Positions 1-9,229 of a stretch of 14,818 nucleotides of DNA are shown here, in pieces. Position 1 is the stretch's first letter. Every line of letters begins with the position of its first letter. Below the pieces are notes generated by a model. The model was given only the letters and a program-made list of their open reading frames with translations, was not told the origin of the DNA and ran no database searches. Origin of the DNA: Microcystaceae cyanobacterium. Its GTDB lineage: Bacteria; Cyanobacteriota; Cyanobacteriia; Cyanobacteriales; Microcystaceae. The translations under genes and the position numbers were made by a program. The stretch covers positions 1 through 14,818 of the forward strand of contig JBGTGT010000079.1 of the NCBI GenBank assembly GCA_041746575.1, given 5' to 3'.

Positions 1-1087
1 CATCGATAAAATGGACAATTACACTTGGGAATATATTCAGAAACATCCTAAAGAAACAAAAAGATTATTGGGAATTAATCATGAACAATTAAGACAATTG
101 ATAGAACAAGGAAAACTTCTCCATCCAAGAAAACAAGAAGAAATTGAAAAAAAGAAAATTAGAATTATCAAAGCAGGAGGAGGGAATCATCCAAAACTCT
201 CTAAGGAAGAACAGATTATTTCAATGTTAGTTTATCTGAGACATCACTTAAGTTTTCAATTGTTAGGCTTACTTTTTCAGGTTAGTGAATCATCCGCACA
301 TAAATTGTTTAATTATTGGCAGAAATTATTTCAAGATGAGTTACCCCAAGTCTCTTAGAACAAGTAAAAAAGTCACAAGAAGAACTGGAAAAAATTCGTG
401 AAGAATTAACCCATCATGAATTGATAGTGGATAGTGCCGAGCAAGTCACAGAAAGACCTTCAGATTATGAAACTCAGAAAAAGTATTATTCAGGAAAAAA
501 AAAGACATACTTTTAAAAGTCAATTCATTGTGTTGCCAAAAGCTGAAGATATTATTGATGTAGTAATTGGACAACTCGGACCAATGAGTGATATTAAAAT
601 CGGTCGCCAAACGTTAAGCAAATTCAATTCCCAACAAACTTTTAGTGGAGATAAAGCTTACATTGGGGAAAATCAAATCATAACTCCCTCTAAAAAACCT
701 AAAAATGGAGAATTAACAAATAATCAAATTAAAGAAAATAAAGCTTTATCATCGAATCGGATTTTTGTTGAGCATTTAATTCGAGTTGTCAAAATATTTA
801 AAGTCGTTCAAGAAAGATTTCGTCTGCATAAAAGTCGATATGAATCTGTTCTCTTAACCGTTTGTGGATTAGTTCGTTTGAGAATTGGTTCCCTAATTTT
901 AGAAATAATAAAATCCGAGCAATTAGGCGAAGTAATTGACGTTATAATGAGTCATAATTTTATGCCCAAATTAGATTTCCTATCTTCAAACCCTCATTAA
1001 TTCGTTCTTAGGGCTAAATCTTCTCATTGAGTTTTATCCGCCTGCTTCCATTGCTGTGACTGGGTTATGGATTTTTGGAGATGTCTA
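1..1087 (+). mobile_element. IS5-like (ISL2-group/DDE_Tnp_4-type) insertion sequence; left end lies outside the window
   Basis: Transposase reading frames at 11-1000. TTTTTGGAGATGTCTA at 1072-1087 (reverse complement TAGACATCTCCAAAAA) resembles a terminal inverted repeat I recognise from cyanobacterial IS; its partner repeat is not visible. Confidence 0.8.
11..1000 (+). pseudogene. Transposase with an HTH_Tnp_4-like N-terminus and DDE_Tnp_4-like domain, broken by two frameshifts
   Basis: N-terminal GGG.HPKLS...LVYLRH...LGLLFQVSESSA (11-358). An unlisted middle segment in frame +1 (346-504) reads PSLLEQVKK...LIVDSAEQVTERPSDYETQKKYYSGKKK. The C-terminal part has HTFKSQ, GDKAYIG and RIFVEHLI. 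Junctions fall in a C4 run (344-347) and an A9 run (495-503). Confidence 0.88.
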
Positions 1088-1292
1088 ATATGTTCCTAAA
1101 AAATCATGTCACTGAAATAAATGATAAAGGAAACAACACAAAACGTTATCTTTGTCAAGAGAGCTAATGGCTTTTCTCTGTCAATTTATAAATCAAGCAT
1201 AATGGGGATTGATTGCTAAAAGACAGAAACCTTTTTGGAGGGGACGAATAAAAATAAGTAAATGACAATAATTGCACTTATCAATTGAGGCT

Positions 1293-2138
1293 TTATTTAA
1301 CTTCTATTATTTCTAAGACAGCCTTTTTTCCTGTTAGAATATGCAGAAATCTGACAATTTTAATGAGAGAAGTAATCCCAAAACTACTACTGGAATTATT
1401 CATAATCCAATTGTCAGTTTTCTTAGAAAATCGAGCTTTGTCAATAGCTAAACCCTTGACAACTCTGATTAACGAAGGTCGATATTTTTTGAAGACGCTA
1501 CCACAGCTAGGGGAGGTGTTATCTTGGTGTTTTTTTGCCCATTGTAGGCGATGAGCAATGGGGTTATTGTTAATTTCAGTTTTCTGAAACGTAAAGACGG
1601 CTTTTAGAATTAAGCTAGAGGTTAACCCTGTAAATATTGTTTCTCGATACCCTTTAACAATTTGCACTTTATTAAGAGTTTTAATACAGTTATCCGAGAA
1701 GTCGAAGAAGGTTACACTCTCAACAAAATCATAAATACTCATGTTTCGCCTCCATCCTCGTCCCGCATTCATCGCTAATGCTCCCCCAACCGTTGCAGGA
1801 ACTGAGGCAAGATAATAAAAACAATCGAGGGAATCTTTATAACAATATTTGAGAACATCTATGATTAAGGTGGCAGAAGACACCTCAAACTGAGTTTCAC
1901 CTAATGGCTTGATATATCCTTCTAGCTTATTTTTTAAAATTAATGTTTTTATCTTATCCCTGACAAACAGGGTGTTAGAACCATTTCCCAAAATGTAGGT
2001 GGGTACATGATTTTCCCTAGCCCAATCACAATAGCTACGAAATTCATCTATTGTATGAAATTCTCCGTAGTGTTGAAAATCATGTTTTGTTTTATAAAAA
2101 GATAGACTATTATCAGTCATCGAACTTATTTTAATCAT
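1293..2138 (-). CDS. Divergent MurB-like FAD-dependent enolpyruvyl reductase (probably not the housekeeping MurB)
   Basis: MurB motifs ILGNGSN, LASVPATVGGALAMNAG, GYRETIF, PSCGSVFK and a C-terminal LEII. The usual N-terminal T..IGG.A and S.KHANF motifs are not recognisable. Confidence 0.85.
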   Translation of the reverse strand: MIKISSMTDNSLSFYKTKHDFQHYGEFHTIDEFRSYCDWARENHVPTYILGNGSNTLFVRDKIKTLILKNKLEGYIKPLGETQFEVSSATLIIDVLKYCYKDSLDCFYYLASVPATVGGALAMNAGRGWRRNMSIYDFVESVTFFDFSDNCIKTLNKVQIVKGYRETIFTGLTSSLILKAVFTFQKTEINNNPIAHRLQWAKKHQDNTSPSCGSVFKKYRPSLIRVVKGLAIDKARFSKKTDNWIMNNSSSSFGITSLIKIVRFLHILTGKKAVLEIIEVK

Positions 2139-2249
2139 AGATTTTTAACTCATTTTAAAAATTAATTTTAACTAATAACCAACGTTCGGAGATTTTTTGA
2201 CAAAAGCCCTGACGAATTTTAAGTTAAGTATAGTTAGAATCTATTCTGT

Positions 2250-3383
2250 CTACGTAGAATAGGTCGAAGATATGGAAATAAGCTTTTCTAACCCTTTTTT
2301 TAAATAGGATTGAGACTGGTGAAGTAGCTTTTCCCTTTTCTCGTTTATTGAAGTGTAGTCGATGGAAGCAGACTGCTTTTCTAAAGCGTTGGCGTTATAT
2401 TTATCGGAAAGAATTCTGGAGGTGAGATTAAAAGTTTCTAAAATATCCATCGCCTTATTATTAGTGTTACCATAAGGAATGAAACTAAACTGCTTCTGAA
2501 AAATAATTGAAAATATTACCCCATGATAGCAGTTCGTAATAACATAAGGAGCATGATAGATATACCCCAACCATTCTTGTGGACCAATACCCACTAGGTT
2601 TTTGTTGGCAATTTTACTAGGATGACCCACAGAAATGACAGTCGAAGTATTGAGTCTTTGATTAACTAATTGAATGAGTTCCTTAGATAATGGGTTGACC
2701 ATACCATGGTGACTGTAAATTAGCACATAGTCACTGCTCCGTTTAGGAACAACCATGATGTCCTCATAATTGACCAAAAAGGTAGGATCTAAGACTTTTG
2801 TAATCTTTTTTTTACTTTCTAGTGAGGCATTAACTAATTCAATACTATTTGTATCTCTAATACCAAGCGCATGAAAATCTTGCAACAAGGTACGAATTTG
2901 TGCTTCATATTTACCCCAACTGCGAGTTGGTCCACAACTAGCTGCATAACTAAGTTTTGAGCAGTTTTGTCCATTAACAAAATCAAGAAAATAAGAAGAA
3001 TCAAAGCCTCGAACGGAATTAATACACCAAACTTGATCACTACCTATAATCACAGCGTCATATTGATGATTATATTGGTCAAGATCACTTTTCTGATAAA
3101 ATCTTTGAGGACTCAGTTGGGTATAGTTTTTTGAAAAGTTTCTCATATTTTGTGCCTTCAAAATATATTGTATGAAGACAGTATTAACCCATTCGGTGAT
3201 ATTTGCTCCCTTTCTTCTAATAGGAAGCATTTCTTTTACATAGTGCCAAACAGCTTTATAAGGACGATAATCAATTAATTCAACTTCATGACTTAGCTGA
3301 ATTAAATAACGTTGTAAAGCGTAGGACTGTAATGTTGCTCCGTAGTTAGTTGTGTGATGAAATGTTAGAATACCTATTTTCAT
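2250..3383 (-). CDS. Polysaccharide pyruvyl transferase family protein (PS_pyruv_trans)
   Basis: MKIGILTFH..NYGATLQ.YAL, IGSDQVW, SYAAS, GIRD, VLDPT and VITNCYHG motifs typical of the family. Confidence 0.9.
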   Translation of the reverse strand: MKIGILTFHHTTNYGATLQSYALQRYLIQLSHEVELIDYRPYKAVWHYVKEMLPIRRKGANITEWVNTVFIQYILKAQNMRNFSKNYTQLSPQRFYQKSDLDQYNHQYDAVIIGSDQVWCINSVRGFDSSYFLDFVNGQNCSKLSYAASCGPTRSWGKYEAQIRTLLQDFHALGIRDTNSIELVNASLESKKKITKVLDPTFLVNYEDIMVVPKRSSDYVLIYSHHGMVNPLSKELIQLVNQRLNTSTVISVGHPSKIANKNLVGIGPQEWLGYIYHAPYVITNCYHGVIFSIIFQKQFSFIPYGNTNNKAMDILETFNLTSRILSDKYNANALEKQSASIDYTSINEKREKLLHQSQSYLKKGLEKLISISSTYST

Positions 3384-3494
3384 ATTTTTCTTTTTTAGAC
3401 AAACTTACAAAGCAAAAGTTAAGTTAGAATAAAGCTCTTTAACTCCTTAATAAAGTAATTTACACTGAACTTTTCCAGAAATGATAACACAGGC

Positions 3495-3503
3495 TGTTAT
3501 GAT
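3495..3503 (+). promoter_or_regulatory. Candidate extended -10 promoter (TGnTATGAT) for the glycosyltransferase pair
   Basis: TGTTATGAT about 40 nt upstream of the ATG at 3545, in the divergent intergenic region. AT-rich context weakens the call. Confidence 0.35.
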
Positions 3504-3544
3504 AGTCAAGAAAGTTAATAACTTAAGTAGTAAATTAATACATC

Positions 3545-4501
3545 ATGCTAGATTTTACGGTTGCTATCTGTACTTATAATGGAGAAAAGCGTTTACCTGC
3601 TGTTCTAGAAAAATTAGGAGCGCAGTTAAACACAGAAAACTTTTCTTGGGAAATTATTGTGATAGATAATAATAGTACAGATGGAACAAAAGCGTTGGTA
3701 GAAAACGAGCAAAAAACTTGGGTTAAACTTTTTCCACTGCGTTATTGTTTTGAATTACGTCAGGGACTAGCTTTTGCTCGACGTTGTGCCATAAAAGAAT
3801 CTCAAAGCGAATTAATTGGCTTTTTAGATGATGATAATCTACCTGCGTCTGATTGGGTAGCACAAGCCTATCAATTTGGTCAAGAACACCCTAAAGCAGG
3901 TGCTTATGGCGGACAGATTCACGGTCAATTTGAAAAAGAACCTCCTCCCGGTTTCGGTAGGATTGCTCGCTATTTTGCAATTTTAGAAGGAAACAAAACC
4001 TATTGCTACAATAAACGTTACGAAAAAACTCGAAAAAAACTGTTCCCACCGGGGGCAGGTATTGTGATTCGTAAGCAAGCTTGGCTCAAAAGTGTGCCTG
4101 CCGAACAGCAAATTGTTGGGGTGTCCGGTTCTTCGGTTTTAACTAAATGCGAAGATGTAGAAATGCTATCTTATATTCTCTACGATGGTTGGGAATTATG
4201 GTTCAATAAAGAGATGCACATAGAGCATATTATTCCTCAATCTAGATTAACGCAAGATTATATCGTCAAGTTTTTTCGAGGGGTTGGACTCAGTCGTTAT
4301 AAAACCAGAATGATTGCTTATTCTCCATGGCAACGACCGATAGTAGCAGCCGCTTACTTCGCCAATGATTTGCAAAAATTTTTAGCTTTTTATGCGAAAA
4401 ATAAGAATGTTTTAAAAACGGATACAGTCATGGCAGGAGAAATGGAACTTCTAAGAAGTATTTTATTAAGTCCTTTTCAAGGATTGAAAAAAAATAATTA
4501 A
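3545..4501 (+). CDS. GT2 glycosyltransferase, HpsE-like (hormogonium polysaccharide biosynthesis family)
   Basis: FTVAICTYNG, IIVIDNNSTD, QGLAFAR, GFLDDD, PPGAG, EDVE and RGVGLSRY.TRM motifs characteristic of cyanobacterial HpsE-like GT2 enzymes. Confidence 0.85.
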   Translation: MLDFTVAICTYNGEKRLPAVLEKLGAQLNTENFSWEIIVIDNNSTDGTKALVENEQKTWVKLFPLRYCFELRQGLAFARRCAIKESQSELIGFLDDDNLPASDWVAQAYQFGQEHPKAGAYGGQIHGQFEKEPPPGFGRIARYFAILEGNKTYCYNKRYEKTRKKLFPPGAGIVIRKQAWLKSVPAEQQIVGVSGSSVLTKCEDVEMLSYILYDGWELWFNKEMHIEHIIPQSRLTQDYIVKFFRGVGLSRYKTRMIAYSPWQRPIVAAAYFANDLQKFLAFYAKNKNVLKTDTVMAGEMELLRSILLSPFQGLKKNN

Positions 4502-4527
4502 TTTTAAAAATGCTATTATAAAAAACA

Positions 4528-5583
4528 ATGAAGCTTTTTCATCCCGGTCTTAGAGAACTCTTACATATTAATCAATATTTGAGGAAACATAAGGTTGAGT
4601 TTTTGACCATTGAAACCTCATTGCCTCGGTGGTTTAAGGCTATTAGTAAACAGATTCCTAACTATTCTCTAGGACTACATCTCCGTCGGGAATATCGTCA
4701 TTTAGTTATGGGCTTACAGGCATTAAAACTGAAAGAAATTGATAGTATCTATGTAATGGAAGTTTACAATCAACATCTCTTGCTTTTATTACCTTTGCTA
4801 AAACTAACGGGTAAAAAAGTTTTTTTGGGTTTACATGGTAATCAAACCTTAGCCCAAGAGAATTTTATTAAGAGTTTAGGGTTTCAGTTTCTTAAACGTT
4901 ATCTTGCTGTTTCTCCCCAAACCAAAGCCGTATTATTAGAACTAGATGATGCGCTGATAAATCCTAACTTTCAATTGCCGTCGCATTCTAAAGTTGTCAT
5001 TCCTCATCCGATGATTAGTGAAGTAACCCCCCGTTTACAAAAGAAAGAAAGATTACCCAAGGATAGTCGGATTAAAGTGGGTATCGTGGGGATTATTCGA
5101 GCGGACAAACCGATTGGCAAACTGCTGACGAAACTGATAGATTATGCCTCTAAGCATAATAACTGCGAAATTGTCTTAGGAACCCCTCAAAAACAAAAAA
5201 ATCAAGAAATGGACAATTTGAACATTTCTATTTTAGATACAACTCAAGATAGGGACTACTTTAACGCATTGAAAAGTATTGATATTTTGGTTACCTATTT
5301 TGACAAAGATCGTTATTATTACCGCGCCAGTGGTGTAATCAGCGATGCCGCTTCTTGCGGTTGTTATATCATTGCACCTGACTATCCTTTAATTAAACAT
5401 CAAATCACATGGCCGGTTACAATTGGTTCTACTTTTTCAAGTATAGAAGAACTGGATTCCCTTTTAGGTGCAGCTATTTATAATGTTAGAGAAAATGGAC
5501 AAGACAATCACTGGGAGTGGCGAAAAAAAAGAGGAGCAGAATATATTGCTGAACTTTTATTTACTGATGATTTTCAAGCTTAG
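4528..5583 (+). CDS. Putative GT-B fold (GT4-like) glycosyltransferase
   Basis: VIPHP linker, VGIVGIIRADK and DILV...YYYRASGVISDAASCGCYIIAPD resemble the GT-B C-terminal nucleotide-sugar-binding domain. Starts 26 nt after the GT2 stop. Confidence 0.6.
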   Translation: MKLFHPGLRELLHINQYLRKHKVEFLTIETSLPRWFKAISKQIPNYSLGLHLRREYRHLVMGLQALKLKEIDSIYVMEVYNQHLLLLLPLLKLTGKKVFLGLHGNQTLAQENFIKSLGFQFLKRYLAVSPQTKAVLLELDDALINPNFQLPSHSKVVIPHPMISEVTPRLQKKERLPKDSRIKVGIVGIIRADKPIGKLLTKLIDYASKHNNCEIVLGTPQKQKNQEMDNLNISILDTTQDRDYFNALKSIDILVTYFDKDRYYYRASGVISDAASCGCYIIAPDYPLIKHQITWPVTIGSTFSSIEELDSLLGAAIYNVRENGQDNHWEWRKKRGAEYIAELLFTDDFQA

Positions 5584-5594
5584 CAAAGATTTGA

Positions 5595-6383
5595 CTAATT
5601 AGGATTAAGTCGGGTAAAGATGACCAAAGAAATTTGCTTATTTTCAATATTGCAGTCAAGTATTCTAACGATAAGTCCCTGCTTTTCTGACGTCTTCAAG
5701 CTGAAATTTTCGCTAAATCCATTCAAAAGACGATTGAGAAATCTGGAGGAAACATTTTGTTCATTAATACTGGCTTTGGGTTCTGTAAATTGCAAAGTTC
5801 GTCCTTCTATTATTTTTAATCCAAACTCAATTTTAAAATTAAGTTGCTCAGATTCTATGCCGTCTTCAGTGGTTTGTTCTAATTGAAAGTTAGCACGAAT
5901 TCTTTGATTTTCTAAAAACTCGACCTGAGCATTAATTAATTTAAATTCCGGTGAACCTTCAGGTCGTAAACTATCAATAATCTTTTGAATTTGGGATTTG
6001 ATATTATCAGATGCTAAAGCTTTATTGAGATCATTTTCTTGAATTAATAATCGAATACCTCCCTGTAGCGGTTGACGTAACGATTGACGAATTTTCTTGG
6101 TTTGATTCCAAGTTTCTAGGTCAATCGAGATGGGATCACTTTCTATCTCTAAAGTATCAATTCTAACATTTTTAAGTAGGTAAATTCCTCGACTGGCAAT
6201 CCTCACTTTATCTATTTTTCCCTGCAAAACTTGATAGCTGGGAATATTATCTACTCTGACTTTTAAAACCGCTACTTTCTCAACTTGCTGACGTAAATTA
6301 CTGGCAACTACTTGATCAAGAATTAACCCCGTTGGGGTAATAGCGGCGAGCAGTCCAGCGAGAACAATTGTAAACCATTCCAT
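5595..6383 (-). CDS. DUF2993 (LmeA-like) domain protein with N-terminal hydrophobic anchor
   Basis: Hydrophobic N-terminus, VRVDNIPSYQVLQGKIDKVRIASRG, LEIESDPI and DLNKAL motifs. Confidence 0.75.
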   Translation of the reverse strand: MEWFTIVLAGLLAAITPTGLILDQVVASNLRQQVEKVAVLKVRVDNIPSYQVLQGKIDKVRIASRGIYLLKNVRIDTLEIESDPISIDLETWNQTKKIRQSLRQPLQGGIRLLIQENDLNKALASDNIKSQIQKIIDSLRPEGSPEFKLINAQVEFLENQRIRANFQLEQTTEDGIESEQLNFKIEFGLKIIEGRTLQFTEPKASINEQNVSSRFLNRLLNGFSENFSLKTSEKQGLIVRILDCNIENKQISLVIFTRLNPN

Positions 6384-6504
6384 CAGTATTGAAACGAATA
6401 ATTAGTTTTTATCGTTTTTTATTATAGTCTTTCAAACACAAAAAAGTATAGCCCAGTCTAGAAGCTATACTTAGCCTAAACGCCAACAACGATTAAATCA
6501 AGAA

Positions 6505-7498
6505 TTAAAACGATAGCAAATAATGCTGATATTGGTGATAAACTTGTTCGCCGGGTAATTTAGTTTGAAATTCAGGCGGTTGATGATATTTGATCGGAGA
6601 GTGTCGCCGTCGGATATTTTGAATGACTTGATAAGCTTGTTCCCAATCTTGCAAAAGGGTTAGGAGTTTGCGAAATTGAAAATAATTTGTTTGATGTTTA
6701 GCTCTAAGAGCTAAATATTGTATAATTTTGAGGGGTAGATTTAACGCGGGATATACCAATAATACGACCTAAATTGTCAAACGTTTAGTAATAAGTGGTT
6801 ATCAAATTTAAAACATAATCAAAATCTTTGACCTCTTGGCGACTTAAATAAGTTACAACATCAGACACTTTTCCAAGAATCGAGTAGTCGGTGAGTTGGT
6901 ATTTTTTAAATAAATACAATAATCTCAGTCCGAGTTTGTCTTGCTTGACGAGACTATCTAACTCTTGGACATAAGAACATAGCACATTTTTTGCTTTTTC
7001 GGTTTTAACGAGGGGTAACACTTCGTGGAGTTTTTCGTGAACTTTATTATAGAAAAAGGGTGCACTGACGTTTCTGGATAGTAAATCAAAAACCAATTGA
7101 TAAAGCTCTTGTTGATAGCTATTACGGTACATTGATTCAATTTGTTCAATTCTCAAAAAGCTATTTTTAGCATCAATGGCAACCTTCAATAAACGCAAAC
7201 TTTGATTGAGTCTTTTATGCTCATCAGTACCCTGCAAAAATTTATTTTTTAAATTCAAAAAAAACAGAAATTCTGGTTCTTTAAATTGTTTCTTATCAAT
7301 CGCCTGAGCAATCACACCAATTTGACGAATTTTTCGCAAATTTTCTTTATAAAGATCGATAACATCAGGGTTGATATCCTGCTTCTTTAAAAAGCTGGTC
7401 ATTAACTCTAAAAGTCTTTTGTCTGAATTGTCCTTTTGCGGTGAATTAGAGGGATCGGAATCATTAAAAAACACTGAAGAACAAAAATCTGGATTCAT
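6505..7498 (-). pseudogene. Hypothetical cyanobacterial protein disrupted by an internal stop and a frameshift
   Basis: After TAA at 6787-6785 the same frame continues TFDNLGRIIGISRVKSTPQNY. Near 6722 it shifts into the frame of ORF 6505-6759 (IQYLALRAKHQTNYFQF...PGEQVYHQY), which has no ATG start. Confidence 0.65.
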
Positions 7499-7687
7499 GA
7501 CGGATTCCTTAAAGCATAGCCTTTAATTACTTTTATTATATTCACTAGCTTCTGAAAACCCTTTCGTAAGATCACGGAAATTTAAAGAAAACTTGCATTC
7601 GTTTTCTCGGCAAATCTCTTTTTCTTTGTGAAAATATGGGGCAATTTTGTCTATGATAGAGGAAGTAACAAAACTTCATAAAGTTTT

Positions 7688-9160
7688 ATGACTTTTTCAG
7701 GACTGAATCTCCAGCAAATCAAGGATCATTTCAAAAACACGCTATTTTTTGGCAACGAACCGACTCTAGAGTTATTGGCAATTCTTTGTGTCTATTTTGT
7801 TCAAGGCGTCTTGGGTTTAGCACGTCTAGCAGTGAGTTTCTTCCTCAAAGATGATCTCGGATTAAGTCCTGCCCAAGTGGGGGCTTTAATGGGGATAGCG
7901 GCTATTCCATGGATGATTAAGCCTTTTTTGGGTCTTTTGTCAGATTCTTTACCGATTTTTGGCTATCGTCGCCGGTCTTACCTCATTCTGTCCGGCTTGA
8001 TGGGCAGTTTATCTTGGATTTTCTTGGGGACAAGCGTGAACAATGCCCAAACGGCGATGGCGTGCCTATTGATGACTTCTTTATCGGTTGCCTTGAGTGA
8101 TGTGATTGTAGATTCCCTTGTGGTTGAACGGTCAAGAAAAGAGATGATCGCGAAAGCAGGTTCCTTACAATCGCTAACTTGGGGCTTTTCTGCTCTAGGT
8201 GGCTTAATCACTGCTTATTTGAGTGGTTCATTATTGCAACAATTCGGTAACCAAACGGTTTTCCTCATTACTGCTATTTTTCCTTTATTCGTGGCATTAG
8301 TGGCGGTTTTAGTCGTAGAGCTACCCGTTTCTCTGACTCCGTCTTTATCTTTCTCACAAGGTGTCTCGCCCGAAGTTAAAAATCAATTTAAGTCAATTTG
8401 GTCAACGATTCGCCAAAAATCTATTTTGTTACCGACTTTATTTGTTTTTCTTTGGCAAGCAACCCCTAGTGCTGATTCTGCCTTTTTCTTTTTTACTACC
8501 AATGAATTAGGCTTCGAGCCGGAATTTTTGGGACGTGTTCGTTTAGTCACCAGTTTAGCCGCTTTGGTTGGAATTTTTGTTTATCAAAAATACCTAAAAT
8601 CCGTCTCCTTCCGTCATATATTGGGGTGGAGTATGGTTTTGTCAACTTTACTCGGCTTGACTTCCTTAATTCTCGTCACTCATGCCAATCGTACCTTAGG
8701 GATCGATGATTATTGGTTTAGTTTAGGGGATAGCTTGATTTTAACGGTGATGGGACAAATTGCTTTTATGCCTGTTTTAGTTCTTTCTGCCCGTTTATGC
8801 CCTGATGGCATTGAAGCAACCTTTTTTGCTCTATTGATGTCTATTTGGAATTTAGCAGGGCTATTATCCCACGAATTCGGCGCATTACTGACCCAATTAC
8901 TAGGGGTGACGGAAACAAACTTTGACCGTCTTTGGTTATTGGTTTTGGTGACAAATTTATCCAGTTTACTTCCCTTTCCCCTATTGGGATGGCTACCTCA
9001 AGGAGATCCTCAGAAATTAGCGTCTTTCTCGCAGAAATCCGAGAATTTGCCTCCTTCTGAACTCTTTGAACATCATACACTGGGATCTGCCGTTGATGCG
9101 TCTTTATTGCCTGAGGTCGCCCCTGAATTTGTTACTTTTTCGGCTTCCTCTGAAGACTAA
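7688..9160 (+). CDS. Folate-biopterin transporter (BT1/FBT family, MFS)
   Basis: VYFVQG..GLARLA, PWMIKP..GLLSD.LPIFGYRRRSY, SDVIVDSLVVER, WQATP and ARLCP.GIEAT.FALLMS; multiple transmembrane segments. Confidence 0.93.
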   Translation: MTFSGLNLQQIKDHFKNTLFFGNEPTLELLAILCVYFVQGVLGLARLAVSFFLKDDLGLSPAQVGALMGIAAIPWMIKPFLGLLSDSLPIFGYRRRSYLILSGLMGSLSWIFLGTSVNNAQTAMACLLMTSLSVALSDVIVDSLVVERSRKEMIAKAGSLQSLTWGFSALGGLITAYLSGSLLQQFGNQTVFLITAIFPLFVALVAVLVVELPVSLTPSLSFSQGVSPEVKNQFKSIWSTIRQKSILLPTLFVFLWQATPSADSAFFFFTTNELGFEPEFLGRVRLVTSLAALVGIFVYQKYLKSVSFRHILGWSMVLSTLLGLTSLILVTHANRTLGIDDYWFSLGDSLILTVMGQIAFMPVLVLSARLCPDGIEATFFALLMSIWNLAGLLSHEFGALLTQLLGVTETNFDRLWLLVLVTNLSSLLPFPLLGWLPQGDPQKLASFSQKSENLPPSELFEHHTLGSAVDASLLPEVAPEFVTFSASSED

Positions 9161-9229
9161 CCGTTCATTGATACGGTAAATGTAAATTTTTCCTCAAAAT
9201 CGCTTTTTCATAGAAATTTAGGTAAAGAA

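Noticed and set aside
495..504. Programmed -1 frameshift at the A9G run of the transposase
   Set aside because: Reaching the RHTF frame needs a +1/-2 shift, and a separate upstream frameshift also breaks the gene.
1293..2138. Assigning the symbol murB (housekeeping peptidoglycan enzyme)
   Set aside because: Several canonical motifs have diverged and the context is glycan modification rather than mur/division genes, so orthology is unsupported.
7665..7678. NtcA box upstream of the transporter (GTAACAAAACTTCA)
   Set aside because: It lacks the TAC half-site of GTA-N8-TAC.
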